Positions 1 through 19,001 of a stretch of 64,000 bases of DNA are shown in pieces. The DNA is from Amoebidium appalachense (taxonomy: Eukaryota; Protista; Ichthyosporea). The notes beneath the pieces were generated by a model. It saw only the letters and a list, made by a program, of their open reading frames with translations, was not told the origin of the DNA and ran no database searches. Where the stretch lies: positions 620,001-684,000 of the forward strand of contig CAVNZM010000012.1 in the NCBI GenBank assembly GCA_963693365.1, written 5' to 3'. Position 1 is the first letter of the stretch. Each line of letters starts with the position of its first letter. Both the position numbers and the translations under genes were made by a program.

Positions 1-8
1 GACATGAC

Positions 9-129
9 TTTAGTGCCGGTGACTTTCAATAAAGGGTATGGTGTGTAAGGTGTCCACCTTATGGGAGGTATGCAGTAGATCTACTGCATATCTCCCATAA
101 TGTTCGTTGTGGTGTGAAAGGGCACGAAA
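9..129. repeat. Long imperfect fold-back hairpin; probable terminus of a non-autonomous mobile element
   Basis: Core 59-100 is TTATG-ggaggtatgca-GTAGATCTAC-tgcatatctcc-CATAA, a palindrome with one G.T mismatch. An outer stem tttagtgcc..ctttca (9-28) pairs with tgaaagggcacgaaa (115-129). Confidence 0.75.
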
Positions 130-600
130 TGGCCCAGAAATTGGTCGCTATTTCTTGCAGCAGTAATAGAGCCAGCCTGGCTGAATAGCTCATGTCTTAA
201 CAATGACAACTCAAAAATTGATATTTGCCTGTACTTATAGTTATTGGGTTATAGTAGACCCATCCTGTCCTCTTACTATGTAATAGATATATGCATCTCA
301 TCTCTGCCGTTTTCATTATTGCTTTATGAGTATTTACACATAGACCTACTTTTGCCTTTCGTCATGCAGGCAAGATGGCCCGATAATCCTTCTCGAATAA
401 TAAATTGCAAAACTGGTTCCTTTTTGTCCGAATTCATCATAGTGTTGGCCCACCGACTGGTGAGACCTCTTGGGCCAGCAAAAAAGACAAATTCACTGAA
501 AGGAAGCTTGGGATAGATGGGGGGGGGGGGGGAAAGAAGGGAAGGGGGGAGAGGGGGTGGTTAGGGGGGAAGGCTGAGTAGGGGTTTTTTTTTTTTTTTT

Positions 601-644
<44 letters not shown>

Positions 645-1404
645 GGAACCCACCCGTCTAAAAAAAAAGAAGTGGTGGGTCCCCCCCTCTCCCCCCCCCC
701 CCCCGCTCCCCCCCGTCCCCCCCTCTCATCACCTTCGGGACGTCCCCCCCCCACACCTTCGGCTAGCAGGGAGGAAGGAGGAGAAGGAGGAAGGGGGGGG
801 GGGGGGGGGGGGGGGAGGGGAAGGAACCCACCCACCCCACAATGTTTCAGATATCATCATGATCCGGTACATACAATACTACACTACTATGATAAAATAT
901 GTATGTACATTCTCAAAACGTATTCATTGAAGATTAGTAGTCTTCGAAGTTCACCTGAAAGTCAGGCTACACACTACGGGAATTTTCTCCCTCCTCCCTC
1001 CACCTGGGCGCCGTTCAGTAACTTCCCCCCCCAGCGCGCTCGTGCACACATGCACACACCTTCACACCTATCCACACACATACGTACACACATACATACC
1101 ACACACGCACACGTATGATGTATACAAACCTATGATGTGCACGTGTACGGTATGCCTTGCTATACACTCACACTAATCATTTAGTATATCTACTGAGCAT
1201 GTGTACACGGGGGTTTACGCTGTTTACTCGAGGCAAAGAGAAACCAGTCTCAGGTATGGGGGGGGGGTTTTGCTCGGAATATCCCCTCAGCGGTATATCA
1301 TGAACACGTACATAGATGTCGGGTGATGACTATATATCAGGGTTTACTTTCTCTACGAGACACCATAAAGACTACAAGGAGAAATCAATTAGTTGGGGTT
1401 CCCC

Positions 1405-1446
<42 letters not shown>

Positions 1447-1479
1447 AGGGGCTCACCTGGGACACTCGGTATCAGCTGG

Positions 1480-1559
<80 letters not shown>

Positions 1560-1570
1560 GTGCGCGTGCG

Positions 1571-2077
1571 CTATAATTTTGTAGTGATGTGTTTCTCAAG
1601 CCAATCAATACATCTAATGAACAGGTCGTAGTTACGCGTGTTTAGTATAAAATCAAGGATGTTGTAATTTACAGATAGGCTATCTTTCTGGGTGTCTGTT
1701 GTGAATGTGACGTGTGTGTGTTGCGGTATTATGTGGTCTATCAAACTACATTTGGCGATACATGACCGGTTGAACTGGTGTGTGTGTGTGTTGTTTGGGC
1801 ATGCAAATGATGCCACCTTATACTTATTAGATCTCCACTGTATAGCACGTGTACAGTAAAAGCGTGGTAATTGATCAATAATACCATCAGCTAGAGAAAG
1901 ACCAGTTCTACAGGAAGGCAATATGTATTTAGGTGTTATACATTTGCGAGTGCCATATTTGGCAATATGGTTGAGGCGGTCAGTATATATAAAACGAGAC
2001 ATAAGGCTTAGTTTTTCAAGGTGTATGCTTTCATCGGGTCTAGTGTCATATGTGTACACCTTCAAAGCGTCCTGCAT
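1571..2077 (-). mobile_element. 3' remnant of a non-LTR retrotransposon (C-terminal Cys/His domain of ORF2), ending at a (CA)n tract
   Basis: KYILPSCR..D..QWRSN..C..FNRSC..KC..NILDFILN aligns by eye with GYISPAVR..D..QWRCN..C..FNRKH..RC..NTLDFLLN of the RT elements at 23-25 kb. The stop codon abuts (CA)n on the element strand. Confidence 0.8.
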
Positions 2078-2220
2078 ACTTCAACGCCCAAACAGATACT
2101 ATGAGGCAAGAGATCATTTAATGAAAAATGTACATTCACACACTCGCACACACATTCATGTCGACACTGAAGCGCTCGCACATACATGCTGTGCTGTACA
2201 CACTGGCACACACACTCACG

Positions 2221-2707
2221 TGACAGGCGACGAATTGACACATTCACGTCGTCGGGCGTGTTCACCGAGCATTCAGGCTTAAGGCGCACACACATGCGCA
2301 CACAGAAACACACACTCTTTCTCTCTCCCTTCTGCTCTCCTTAAATCTCAACGTTCCCCCCCCCCCCCCCCCCCCCCCCCTTCCCCCCACCCCGATCTCC
2401 CTCTCTTCTCCCCTCCCCCCACCCTCCACCCGGCGGCCACGCCGAGCTGCTCTGTTTCTCCTCCCGTAAGCCGCATATACACGCACGCGTGACCCACACA
2501 CATATGTTACAGTAACTTATGATCACACACACTAGTATACATGAGTGTGTGAGTAAAGCCGACACAGCTCCAAGGCAGAGACTAATCAGATAGGCACACC
2601 CACTGTAGCACTGTACATACACACGACTTGAGAACCGTGGCACTGGGCACATAAACATACACACATTCGCGCGCGCGGCACCGACACACATACACACTAG
2701 CATCAAG

Positions 2708-2756
<49 letters not shown>

Positions 2757-3905
2757 ACAACACACGTGCGCCATTGCGTAGCGGGCACCTTGCTGCATTC
2801 GTCCAATAGCAACCCTGGTAATACACACACGATGCCATGCCAAGCCAGGGGATCTGGTGCCGTCTGGAAATACCACACATTCAAGTACACACAAATACAG
2901 TACGTAAACGATGAACACGATGACACTATGATATCCCCAATAATATCATGCATAATTTTATCCGCTGATCAATGTAGCCTAAATATTAGTTGGTGATTGG
3001 CGTCAAGGGAGAGGGAGATTCTTTGCCACATGCGAGCGCATGGGTAAAGAAGGGGAGGGGGGCGGCGGGGGGGGGGGGGGGGGGGGGGGGAGGGGGGGGG
3101 GGGCTCACGACCGCACCAAGCCCCCCGCTTTCTCCCCCATCCCCCTCTCCCCTCTCCCTCCGAGCCCCCCCGCTTTCTCCCCCTTTCTCCCCCTCCCCCC
3201 CCCTCCCCCCGCCGATTCAGCTTGAGAGGGGGAGAGGGGGGAGGGGAGGGGGGGGAGGGAGTTTGGATGGGGGGGGGGAGGGGGGGGGGGAGGGGGGGAG
3301 GGGGGGGGGGGGAGGGCGGGGGAGGGGGGGGGGGGGTCTGCGGAGCCTCGAGGGCGGGGAGAGCAGTGTGACAACCATGAGTGAATCCACAGGTCATTTT
3401 TTTTGATAAAGCTTGACACAGTGTGTTGTGTTCAAGATCAATGCACGTGAATTTCACATATTCGAAGCTGTGTACAGCCTCAATGACATACCCATAATTC
3501 GCTTCCACCGGGAGTACGGCCCCCTGCCGCCACACCTCCCACGCTCGCAGCTCGGTTGTGTTGATTGAATAGCGAGCCCCCCACACGATAGATCTTCCTG
3601 TGCAAGATGTGACTTGGTACATGCATCGGCCATCGAGAGTAAGTAACGATCAATTCTGGGGTGCTAACGAAATACATCGACAAGGTAGCTAGCGCTAGCC
3701 CACACCACTGTTGACTTATCGCACATGCCGTATACAAATCAGGTGATATATTGGCTAGCCGACTGTGTACATGTCTGTGCGGGCAACTTTGGATAGACAT
3801 GCACACACATCGGTGGACTGTGGCCGTAACCCCGTGGCGTGGCCAACATGTAAGGAAGCATGGTAAACCATATTAATATCCTAAGGACCCCCATTGCCAT
3901 GCTTG
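2221..3905 (-). CDS. Candidate multi-exon gene of unknown function; structure unresolved
   Basis: Non-repetitive blocks bounded by AG/GT on the minus strand: 3492-3597 (cacag / gtatgt), 2766-2863, about 2221-2278 (gtgagt donor). A hydrophobic leader MPSMAMGVLRILIWFTMLPYML lies near 3850-3910. Reading frame is ambiguous and no domain was recognised. Confidence 0.3.
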
Positions 3906-5715
3906 GCATCTTTAGCTGGAAAACGCAGCTGGAAAACGCATCCTCCTGATCCACCTGCTCTCCTGACCAGGAGACAAAAAGGCACGCCCCCCGGCTCCGT
4001 GGGCTCACGGCCCCCGGTTCATGTGGCACTACTGAGCGGCAAACCCGGTGCCACGGTTGCTGGCAACGGTCGACATCGGAATGTTGCGTTTTTCAATTTG
4101 GGCCCAGTCTCCTACACCAATCAAATGCACGCATGTTTTTGAGCCAGCTAAAAAACAGCTATAAAAAAAAAAAAAGAAAGAAACATGATTTGAGAATTCA
4201 TGAAATAACAAGACCCTACTCAGCTAATATATAGATAAAACAAACAAGCAAGCGTACAGTACCGTACCGGAAAGTGCGACCGACGCCGCCAACCCTCTCT
4301 GCGTTGTCGACTTGTCATCGATCCCCGTCCAATCATTGATGCCCAGCAAGTAAGTAGAAAAGGAACCTCGAAGTGGCTCGAACTTGACAAGTATTAGCAT
4401 TCATTATGGATACCATCGAGCTGGCAAGGAAAGAGCCATAAATTATACTGTAGATTATTTAGCCATGAGAAATATAATTTTATGAGCTTGATATTAAATT
4501 AGCCGTTATCGATCCCGGCGCTTCTTTCACAAAAGTGAGCGTGCCAACTTGACTGACCACCAAAGTCATCAACCCGATTTGCCGTTTTGTGCAAGACGGA
4601 ATCTGCAGGATTCTCTGTTAACGAAGAAAGAAGACCATCAATAATCACTAACATAACACTTTACATATGCAGATTTCTGTAGTCTCATTACCAGATAGCC
4701 CCTACAATATTTCCTCCACCTATAGTAGAAAACCTCAACGAACACTCACAGATAAGATGGCAGCTGCAGATAAGCCACCAATGGTTAAAAGTCTCCCTCT
4801 ACCTAGCCTAAACTGTTCAGCTGAACTCCTGAATCCCCCATAGTCCCTCTCACCAAAATCCCCAATATGTTATCTTGCAACCATTTTGCTATGATTTTTG
4901 GGCAATAATATATACTATATGCTCAAATATGGCTTTTATTATTTCATTCTAATCCTCACTACAAGTAGCTGGCTCAAATCAGGGCCCTATAAATATATAA
5001 AATGTCTAATAAATTTTCAATTTGAAATTGTTTTGAAATTATCTGAAGTTATCCACATCTTTTCTGATCAAGGGAGAGAGCCGCTTCCTGAATCCTGACT
5101 CTTGTGAGCCTCGGCCGGTTCGCCATCAGTGCAGTTCAAAGGCACAAACAACGCCACAGCGAATGCTGAGTCAGAAAACGTTGAACAAAACGTGAAAGTC
5201 ACCTTTACACTTTAATTGAACTTTTCAACAACTTTTACTATCCCCTTGTTTGCTAGTTTCTGGCTCCTTATGGTCACACGTGCTATACTCAAGCTGAGAT
5301 TTGAAAATTTGGAGAGCGGCGTGATTCACAGCAGCTAAGTAGCAGCGAAGTGAATTCACAGGCAGTACTTGGGATGTGTGTGGTTCACAGGTGAAATCCG
5401 GTTGGGCTAGGTCGACGCCTGTTGCCATTAAGGCGGTGTCAAGACGATTTTATTCTCTAGTTTCACGAACAACAGCTGTTTGGGACATCGTCTTCTGTGT
5501 GTAACCTGTGCAAAACAGGGCTGATGGAGCCAGAGGCTACATGCCTGTCTTCATCATTACCACCTTAAGTCAACCCATGCAACAAGCTAGCAACACTTCA
5601 GTAACAAATCATTTTTTATTTAAAAAATTCTGATTTTAAAAATTCATCGTCTTTTTGGGTTCAATTAAGTTCTCTCTAAACACGAGCCTTTTAAACGACA
5701 CGTCGAACTCCAAAC

Positions 5716-11466
<5,751 letters not shown>

Positions 11467-11669
11467 GTGGGGCAGGGGCCATTGGCGGTGTGCTTGTGTG
11501 TGTTTTTTTTTTTTTTTTTTTTGGGGGGGGGGGGGGGGTAGTTGTGTGTGTGTGGATGTCCGGACACAGTAAGGGAAGGGGGGGGGGGGGTTTGCTTTTT
11601 CAAGTGGATTTGTTGTTTAACAAGCACACCTCTGCTTATATTGTTATGTCCCCCCCCCCCCCCCCCCCC

Positions 11670-11900
11670 TGCTCGTCTCTGATCAAGACGGGTGACCTAC
11701 CCATGTTCAAGTGAAACAGTATCTGAGTTGGGTTTCGTTAACGAGGTGAATAGGTCGAAACTCGGGTACTGTGGATGACGTAGGCCCCCCCTAAGGATGG
11801 GCTCTGCTTATTATGCATACTCTTTCTGTGTGGCTTGCATTCTGCATCGTGTTATCCGTTTGTTCTTGTGTACTTCGTACTTTTTGACGCATTCAAACCC
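11670..11900 (+). repeat. Dispersed repeat family copy, flanked by poly-C
   Basis: Shares gatcaag.cggg, tctgagttgg..aaactc, ggatgggctctgctta and gtacttcgtac..cgcattcaaa with 61305-61620. Confidence 0.75.
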
Positions 11901-12068
11901 CCCCCCCCTCCCCCCCCTTCCCCCCCCCTCCTTTCCCCCTTCCCCTTCCGTGCGCTTTATGTGTCCATTCTCTTCCCCTTCCCTCCCCTCCGTGAACACA
12001 CCCACACATACACACCATAAATGGACGCGCAAAGGCACGTACTCAGGTGCGCACACCACACCACACCA

Positions 12069-12191
<123 letters not shown>

Positions 12192-13474
12192 CCACATCTT
12201 GCTTGCCCTGTATAAGCAGCAGCACACTGTCCTGAGCTTCCCCCCCCCCCCCCCCTTTCTCACACACACACCTCGCTCTTCATGGTTCAGTCCTTATTGC
12301 CCGGCACGACATTCTCTTTCTTTTCATCCTGTACCCCCTTCCTTCTCTTAGCTCCGCCCCTCCCCCCCCCCCCCTCCCCCCTCCCCGCCCTCCCCCCTCC
12401 CCCTAGCACCCACCTGCCCACTCGTGGGCCATCACCACCAGCATTTTCTCTTCTTCTTCCATGTGCACCGACTCATACATGTTGGCCTTGGAACACTTGA
12501 CCTCTCACATCCCAATCCCCCGCCGGCATGACAGCACACGTAGTGCACCGTGTTCCATGTAGTGCACCGTGTTCCATGTAGTACACGGTGTTGTTTGTCT
12601 CGCACCTGTGAGTGTTACGTACAGTGCAAAACATGCCCACTTCCGAAAAACTGCCCCCCAATGTTTATGTTCCGATGTGTCTCCTTCACCTTGTTCAGTG
12701 TTCTCTCTCTTTCTACTTTTTACTGAATACCTTCCCCCCCCCCCCCCCCTCCCCCCCCTCCCCCTCCTGCCCCTCGCAATTCCGTGGTCACGAGTGGGTG
12801 AAGGAATATGTGTGTGGATGATAACCGTGCTTTTGCTCATTCATCGATGACGCCCTACCACTTATCCAAAGACACACATGTGCATTACCTCTCACTCGCT
12901 CACACATACACCTACACACACAGACAGACACGGGACCTCTCTCGTGCATTTTTAATCCCTCCCCCCCCCCTTCCCCACCCTCTCTCTCACCCTCTTCTTG
13001 TTCTCTATTACACGCCACTAACCACACCACATGCACCCCACAGACCCCAGCCACCGCGTATTTATCACGGTGCAACGATGCGGCGAAGAAAACGCACGTC
13101 ATGAGCAGGACCAAGCACTCTGTATGGTGGTGAATGGGCTGGGGGTAGCCGCACTTACCATGAGACCTGCGTGGATATACCTTGCACAGGAAACGAGCAG
13201 CCATGCGTATATATACTTCACATACTGCATGTACTTTGTGTGTTTGGCTTGTGTGCTGTGCGTCATGCACACCCCTGCTCCGTAGCGTGTAGTGTGGTTT
13301 CGTTTTTTGCGCTGTGTGGTGTCTTGTGCTTGCAAATGTGTTTGGTCTTGGTGTCATGTGGGTTTGGATACAAACATTCCGTTTATCTCGGAATACACAC
13401 AAATACGAACACACACATACACACACACGTGCGCACCCACACCCACGCACGTGCACGCCCGCACACACACACAT

Positions 13475-13565
<91 letters not shown>

Positions 13566-14707
13566 CGTGTACACTAGGACATGGCCGCAATTGGCTAACG
13601 CGCGTAACCGAGCATTGGTCGTCGTAGGACCATTTTTTTCGTACACTCCCTGCCTCCCCCCCCCCCCCCTTTCCTCAATCAGACTTTTTTTGCATTTGGT
13701 TTGATGATTTTTTTGCACAACAATCCATACACACACACACACAAACACACAAACACACACACACACGCACACACACACGATCACACACATGTGCTTACAC
13801 GTGATTCCACATGACTTTTCACCATTTAACACGCGAACATGAAGCTTTTCTTTACCCCCCCCCCCCCCCTCCCCCCTCCCCCCCCCCCCCCCCTCCTCCC
13901 TCCTCAATCCCCCGTCCCTCCTGCTCCCATGAATGCAACTTGTGTATGACCCGAATATGACGTATAACTAGTGTTAAACAATTTGCTGGATGTATGATGG
14001 TGTATTTTTGTGGGCTACCTAATGCTCACACTTCATCTTTTGTGTGGGATTTATCCTAGATAACCGCGGATGCGCGTGTACGCACACATCACATATGCAC
14101 CCCCTGATAAACGGGTGGAATATGGGATGTCGATATCGTATCTATGTTGGTTTCTTAGAATTAGTGTGCTGTGCACGCGCCAGCCTATGCTCGAATACTA
14201 CTGGTCGGTAGGGTGTTAAATCACTACATAACCAATCAGAAACCACGATTAAAATGCTTTAAGAATTAAAAGCCCCATCTGGGGCAAATGGATAATGGAA
14301 TCGTGTGAGTGTGACACATTGTTACTCCCGGGGTGATGTACAAACAGTCTCAAGCAAGCGTACACATGACATACACGTACACATGTACACACACGGATCA
14401 AGATAAAACAAAAACACACGCACAAACACGTGCAACCTTAAAAATCCACGTGCACGGTGACACGCATTCACGTACATGCACATGCCGTGGCAGACCGTAT
14501 GCAGCACTGAACACACATGCACACACAGTGACCGTACTTGCCATCCTCCCATGCCAGGCACAACACACGTGCAATCTCGACGGTTAGCACAATCGCAATG
14601 CAATCCCTCCCAACGGCGCACACAACCATGCCAGTCCAGCTGTGGCTATCGTTGGCTTTACAAAGCGCACACACAGCGGATGGGACACGCAACATTTGCA
14701 GCCCCCC

Positions 14708-14739
<32 letters not shown>

Positions 14740-14783
14740 AAAAACAAAAACAAAAACACGCACGCACACACGCGCACGCACCC

Positions 14784-14814
<31 letters not shown>

Positions 14815-14879
14815 GGCAAAAAAAAAAAAAAAAGAAAAAAAGAAAAGAAAAACTCCCCCTCCGCCACCCAGACGGTGTG

Positions 14880-14983
<104 letters not shown>

Positions 14984-15005
14984 CACACACACCGTGCACA
15001 CACAG

Positions 15006-15038
<33 letters not shown>

Positions 15039-15223
15039 ACACCCCCACCCCCCCTATACCCCGCCCACACACACATACAAACACAAACGTAGAATGTACC
15101 CAACAGAGCTAGTTATCCAGCAACCCTTCTGCACCAGGCAACCCACTGACCCATCCACAACACCGTAAGATTAATCAAATAATTACGATAGTCATCACCA
15201 AGGAATAAAGTAAAAAAACCAAG

Positions 15224-15259
<36 letters not shown>

Positions 15260-15752
15260 AGAAATTCAATGCAGGAAAACCTTTGCAAACATTTAGCCCC
15301 CCAGGTCACAGGAAATTTTTGCCGGGGAACTTTTGCACCAGATTGTCTCCTTAGACTGTAAAGGAAAAAGGCTACCTAACCTTTTTCGAAATGGAATTCT
15401 GCCTACTGTTCTGGCTTTCTAGTTAATTTTTGACCTGTTTGTGTAGATATGTGTTTCTATGTAGGATTTCAGCTCTATGCTGAATATTGGTCACTAAGTA
15501 GACTTCAGCTTCCACTCGCATTAATCCCCCCCCCCATGGTGGTTTAGGGGGACATAAAGTTGACGACTCACTTTGGCTGCCCATTCGGCAAAGCAATGGC
15601 TAGAAAATCAACAAAAACAGCTACTAGAAACGTGTTATTCATACCATACCAATATGACCAATGAGCACTGTCGGAAAACATCCAGCGAAAACCCCATTGA
15701 CAAATATACATCCGATTACAGTGCAGAAATTTCCCGGTGCAAAATTAAAATT

Positions 15753-17566
15753 TGCGCGTGGTCGCTTACATATCTATCAAGGAATATTCGCAAATATCTC
15801 TAATATTCATCCTGCCAATTTGCTCACTCTTTATAAAGTTTTTCTTCGTCCTGTCTTCCGGTTGAGCAACATTCAGGGCGGATTTCGGCGTGCTTATTCG
15901 TGCTATACTCATGCTCTTTTATTACACGACACTATTCGTTCTGGATGTCGCGAGGTATGCTTCATCGACCTTAAGGATGCCTATGACACGGTTCCAACGA
16001 ATTTGCTGTCACACTCACAAGGTGGCCTCTCGAGGGCTACCTCTTCCCTTTGGTCGGCTACTTCTGGCGTTATTGACCGCACCCATGGGGCTGCCGTTGT
16101 GAATGGGGTATTGAGTAACGGATTCAATCGTACTCGAGGCCTTTTACAGGGCTCACTTTTGAGTCCCCTTCTCTTTGATGTCTTTATTGACGACTTAGCG
16201 GTAGAAATTCAACAATTTCCAGTTGCCGGCGACTCTTGTGTCTCCGGCCTTTTTTTCGCTGATGATATTGTCTTAGTCACTCACGATCCTTCTATCATGA
16301 ATAACATTCTTTCTCGAGTAGATGACTGGTGTTTCCGGAATTTCATGAAAATTGGGATAGATAAATGCGGCACCTTTTCTTCCAATGCACAGTACACTCT
16401 GAACAATCAACCTATCCCAATCGTGTCCTCCTATGACTATTTAGGTATTCCTTTCACCTCTAAGGGTATCTGGTTTGAGCGCCTTTTGACTTCGCGCATT
16501 TCTCGTGCGCGTGGTCGCTTAGATATCTATCATGGGATATTCGCAAATATCTCCAATATTCATCCTGCCAATTTGCTCACTCTTTATGAAGTTCTTGTTC
16601 GTCCATGTTTCGAATATGGCCTCCCGTTACTCTTGTGTGCCCCTCCACGGCAACAGCGCGCGGCTCTTCGGGAATTCGATTCCTTTCAGCGTGAATTCAT
16701 CCAGTTTATTTCTCGAACCTCGCGTAGGCATCCTTTGGCGGCTCCCTTGCTGAGTGTTTTTGGTCTCCCTCCGGCGCACCAGCGTATGAATGAATTAGGA
16801 CTTCGCTTTTGTTTTCATTTGGTTAGGCTTCCTTCTTATCATCCTTTGTTGCAATTCGTTCCTTCTTTAGCACCTGTTCCCGGCATTTCTAATGTTCGTG
16901 CGAGTCCTACCCCCAATCTCTCTCCCATTCCGAGATATCCTTTTAAATACTTATCTCCTTTATTTTTCTCTTCTACTAGTTATCAGCAGTATGTTACGTG
17001 GTTTCAAACTCAATATCCTTTGCTTCATCGTTGTGATTAAGAGTATCATGGTAGGGCTCTTGAGTCTGTGCTTCTTTTTATATTAGAGACTCGTCTATTT
17101 TCTTTACAATCGTTGTGTAGATTAGCTACTTATATTTATCCTTCCTCTCGTAAACCTACCACACTTACCGATTTTGCAATTCTAACCCCTCCTTGTGATA
17201 CTAGTAGGCTAAGCTTGGAAATGTTTATTTTGGCGCTGTAACCTTTGTTTCCATAAATGTTTGTGCCACTTTTGTGCAGAACCTTTTTCTCGTAAACACT
17301 TAGATAGATGTATTTATTTATCTCCGATTATTCCGTTAGAAATTTGAAGACTGGCTTATTTAGATAATCCTGCTATTACTTCTATTGACTATCTGTTGAA
17401 CCACGGTATGTTTACCGAGTTTTCTACGGTGTATCATTATTTAAGTCGTTATCTCCTCCGTATCCGAGAGTGAGGGCTTTTGTATTTTTCTTCTCCGAGA
17501 TATCGGTGATATCTCGATGGCTTCTATTTTGCTGAGCATATCAATAAAGTCATTATATATATAAAA
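15753..17566 (+). mobile_element. 5'-truncated, degenerate non-LTR retrotransposon (family A): RT plus C-terminal zinc knuckle
   Basis: RT motifs QGGFRR, FIDLKDAYDTV, GLLQGSLLSPLLF, FFADDIV, YDYLG. Premature stop at 17040. WRCNLCFHKCLCHFCAEPFSRKHLDRC is encoded at 17231-17311. AATAAA at 17543. Confidence 0.92.
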
Positions 17567-17577
17567 ATTTTTCTGTA

Positions 17578-17642
<65 letters not shown>

Positions 17643-18272
17643 CCCCCTCCCCCCCCCCCCTCCCCCCGGTCCATGCATCCCTCGATGCACACGAACGTAC
17701 TCACACACACACTCACACCACCTCCGACCAAATCGCCCCCTAAAAAGCTGGGGTGAAAGGGGAGAAGGGGGGAAGAGGCCGGAGGGAGAAAGGGGGAGAT
17801 ACTCTGAGGGAGGGGAGGGGGAGGGGAGAGAGGGGGGGGGGGGGGACTCTATTTTCGTTGTATACTCTATGCTGGCTTCTTTTTCTTTTTTGTCTTTGTA
17901 ATTGTGCGTGTGCAGGAAACGCTTGAAAGTTGAAATAAACATGTACAGGGGGCCGAAGGGAGCTCAGTCGCGGCGTCGGAGATTCCGGCCGGAGAGGCTC
18001 GACGAAACTCGCAAAGGTCACCGATAGGCCAGTGTAGCCGCTGAACTTCTGAAGGCCGCTGATCAAAACCGTCGTATGCATGCGTGACAAAGAGCCAAGG
18101 GCTAGCTAGGTTAATAAACGTGACACACCTTGCGTGTTCTCACTGAGTGTAGGGCTAGATAAATCTATCCCAAAACATTGCCTATCTATCCCTACGCACT
18201 ATCCTAGATCTATCCCAACTTCGACCTGATTATCAAAGATCATATCCCAGATAATCTCAGACTCAGTACTTA

Positions 18273-19001
18273 TTATGTCGCGTTTTACCTCTTATGTCGC
18301 GTTTTACCTCTTTCCCTACGGGTGTCTGCTACACTGCCCTGCCAGTGGCAATGTGACCACTTTAGACTTTTTGTTGAATTAGGCTGTTGGTCGTCACATT
18401 GAGTATTTATATGATTTTCACACAGTGTTCAGGTATCTCAGTATGCACTTGTTACTGGATAACTCGTGAAGTTTTTTTTGTACGTATGGATACCACCCTA
18501 GTAGATAAGTTGTACATATGTCACTGGCTGCATTTGATTGGCTGCGCTGGAAAACGCAGTAGGCCGTCGAATGTGGATGGGCCTCCGGCAGTGTCCACAC
18601 AATAAAAAGTGTGTAAACCCTCTGTATGGTGCTCTGATGTTGATATTGCCTGGGAAGTTGTGCAGTAGCGTTGTAATTTTTGTTTTCATCGCCGCTGGTG
18701 CCACTTTTGTGCTGAACCTTTTAATCGCAAGCATGTTGATAGGTGTGAGTTTTAATGTCGCGTTTTACCTCTTTCCCTACGGGTGTCTGCTACACTGGCT
18801 GGCAATGTGACCACTTTAGACTTTTTGTTGAATTCTGTTGGTCGTCACATTGAGTATTTATATGATTTTCACACAGTGTTCAGGTATCTCAGTATGCACT
18901 TGTTACTGGATAACTCGTGAAGTTTTTTTTATTGTCTTCTCAGTATGCCGTGCAGTACTTGCATATCTTTCCGTCGAATAAAGCCAGTCAAAAGAAAAAA
19001 A
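18273..19001 (+). mobile_element. Two tandem 3'-end fragments of LINE family B (18273-18479 and 18480-19001); the second carries a 111-bp insert at 18511-18621
   Basis: Near-identical to 25040-25448. Ends aataaagccagtcaaaagaaaaaaa. Confidence 0.9.

Noticed and set aside
15661-15752. N-terminus of the 459-aa RT ORF as a real start
   Set aside because: It is flanking DNA in frame with a duplicated internal fragment. The element is 5'-truncated.
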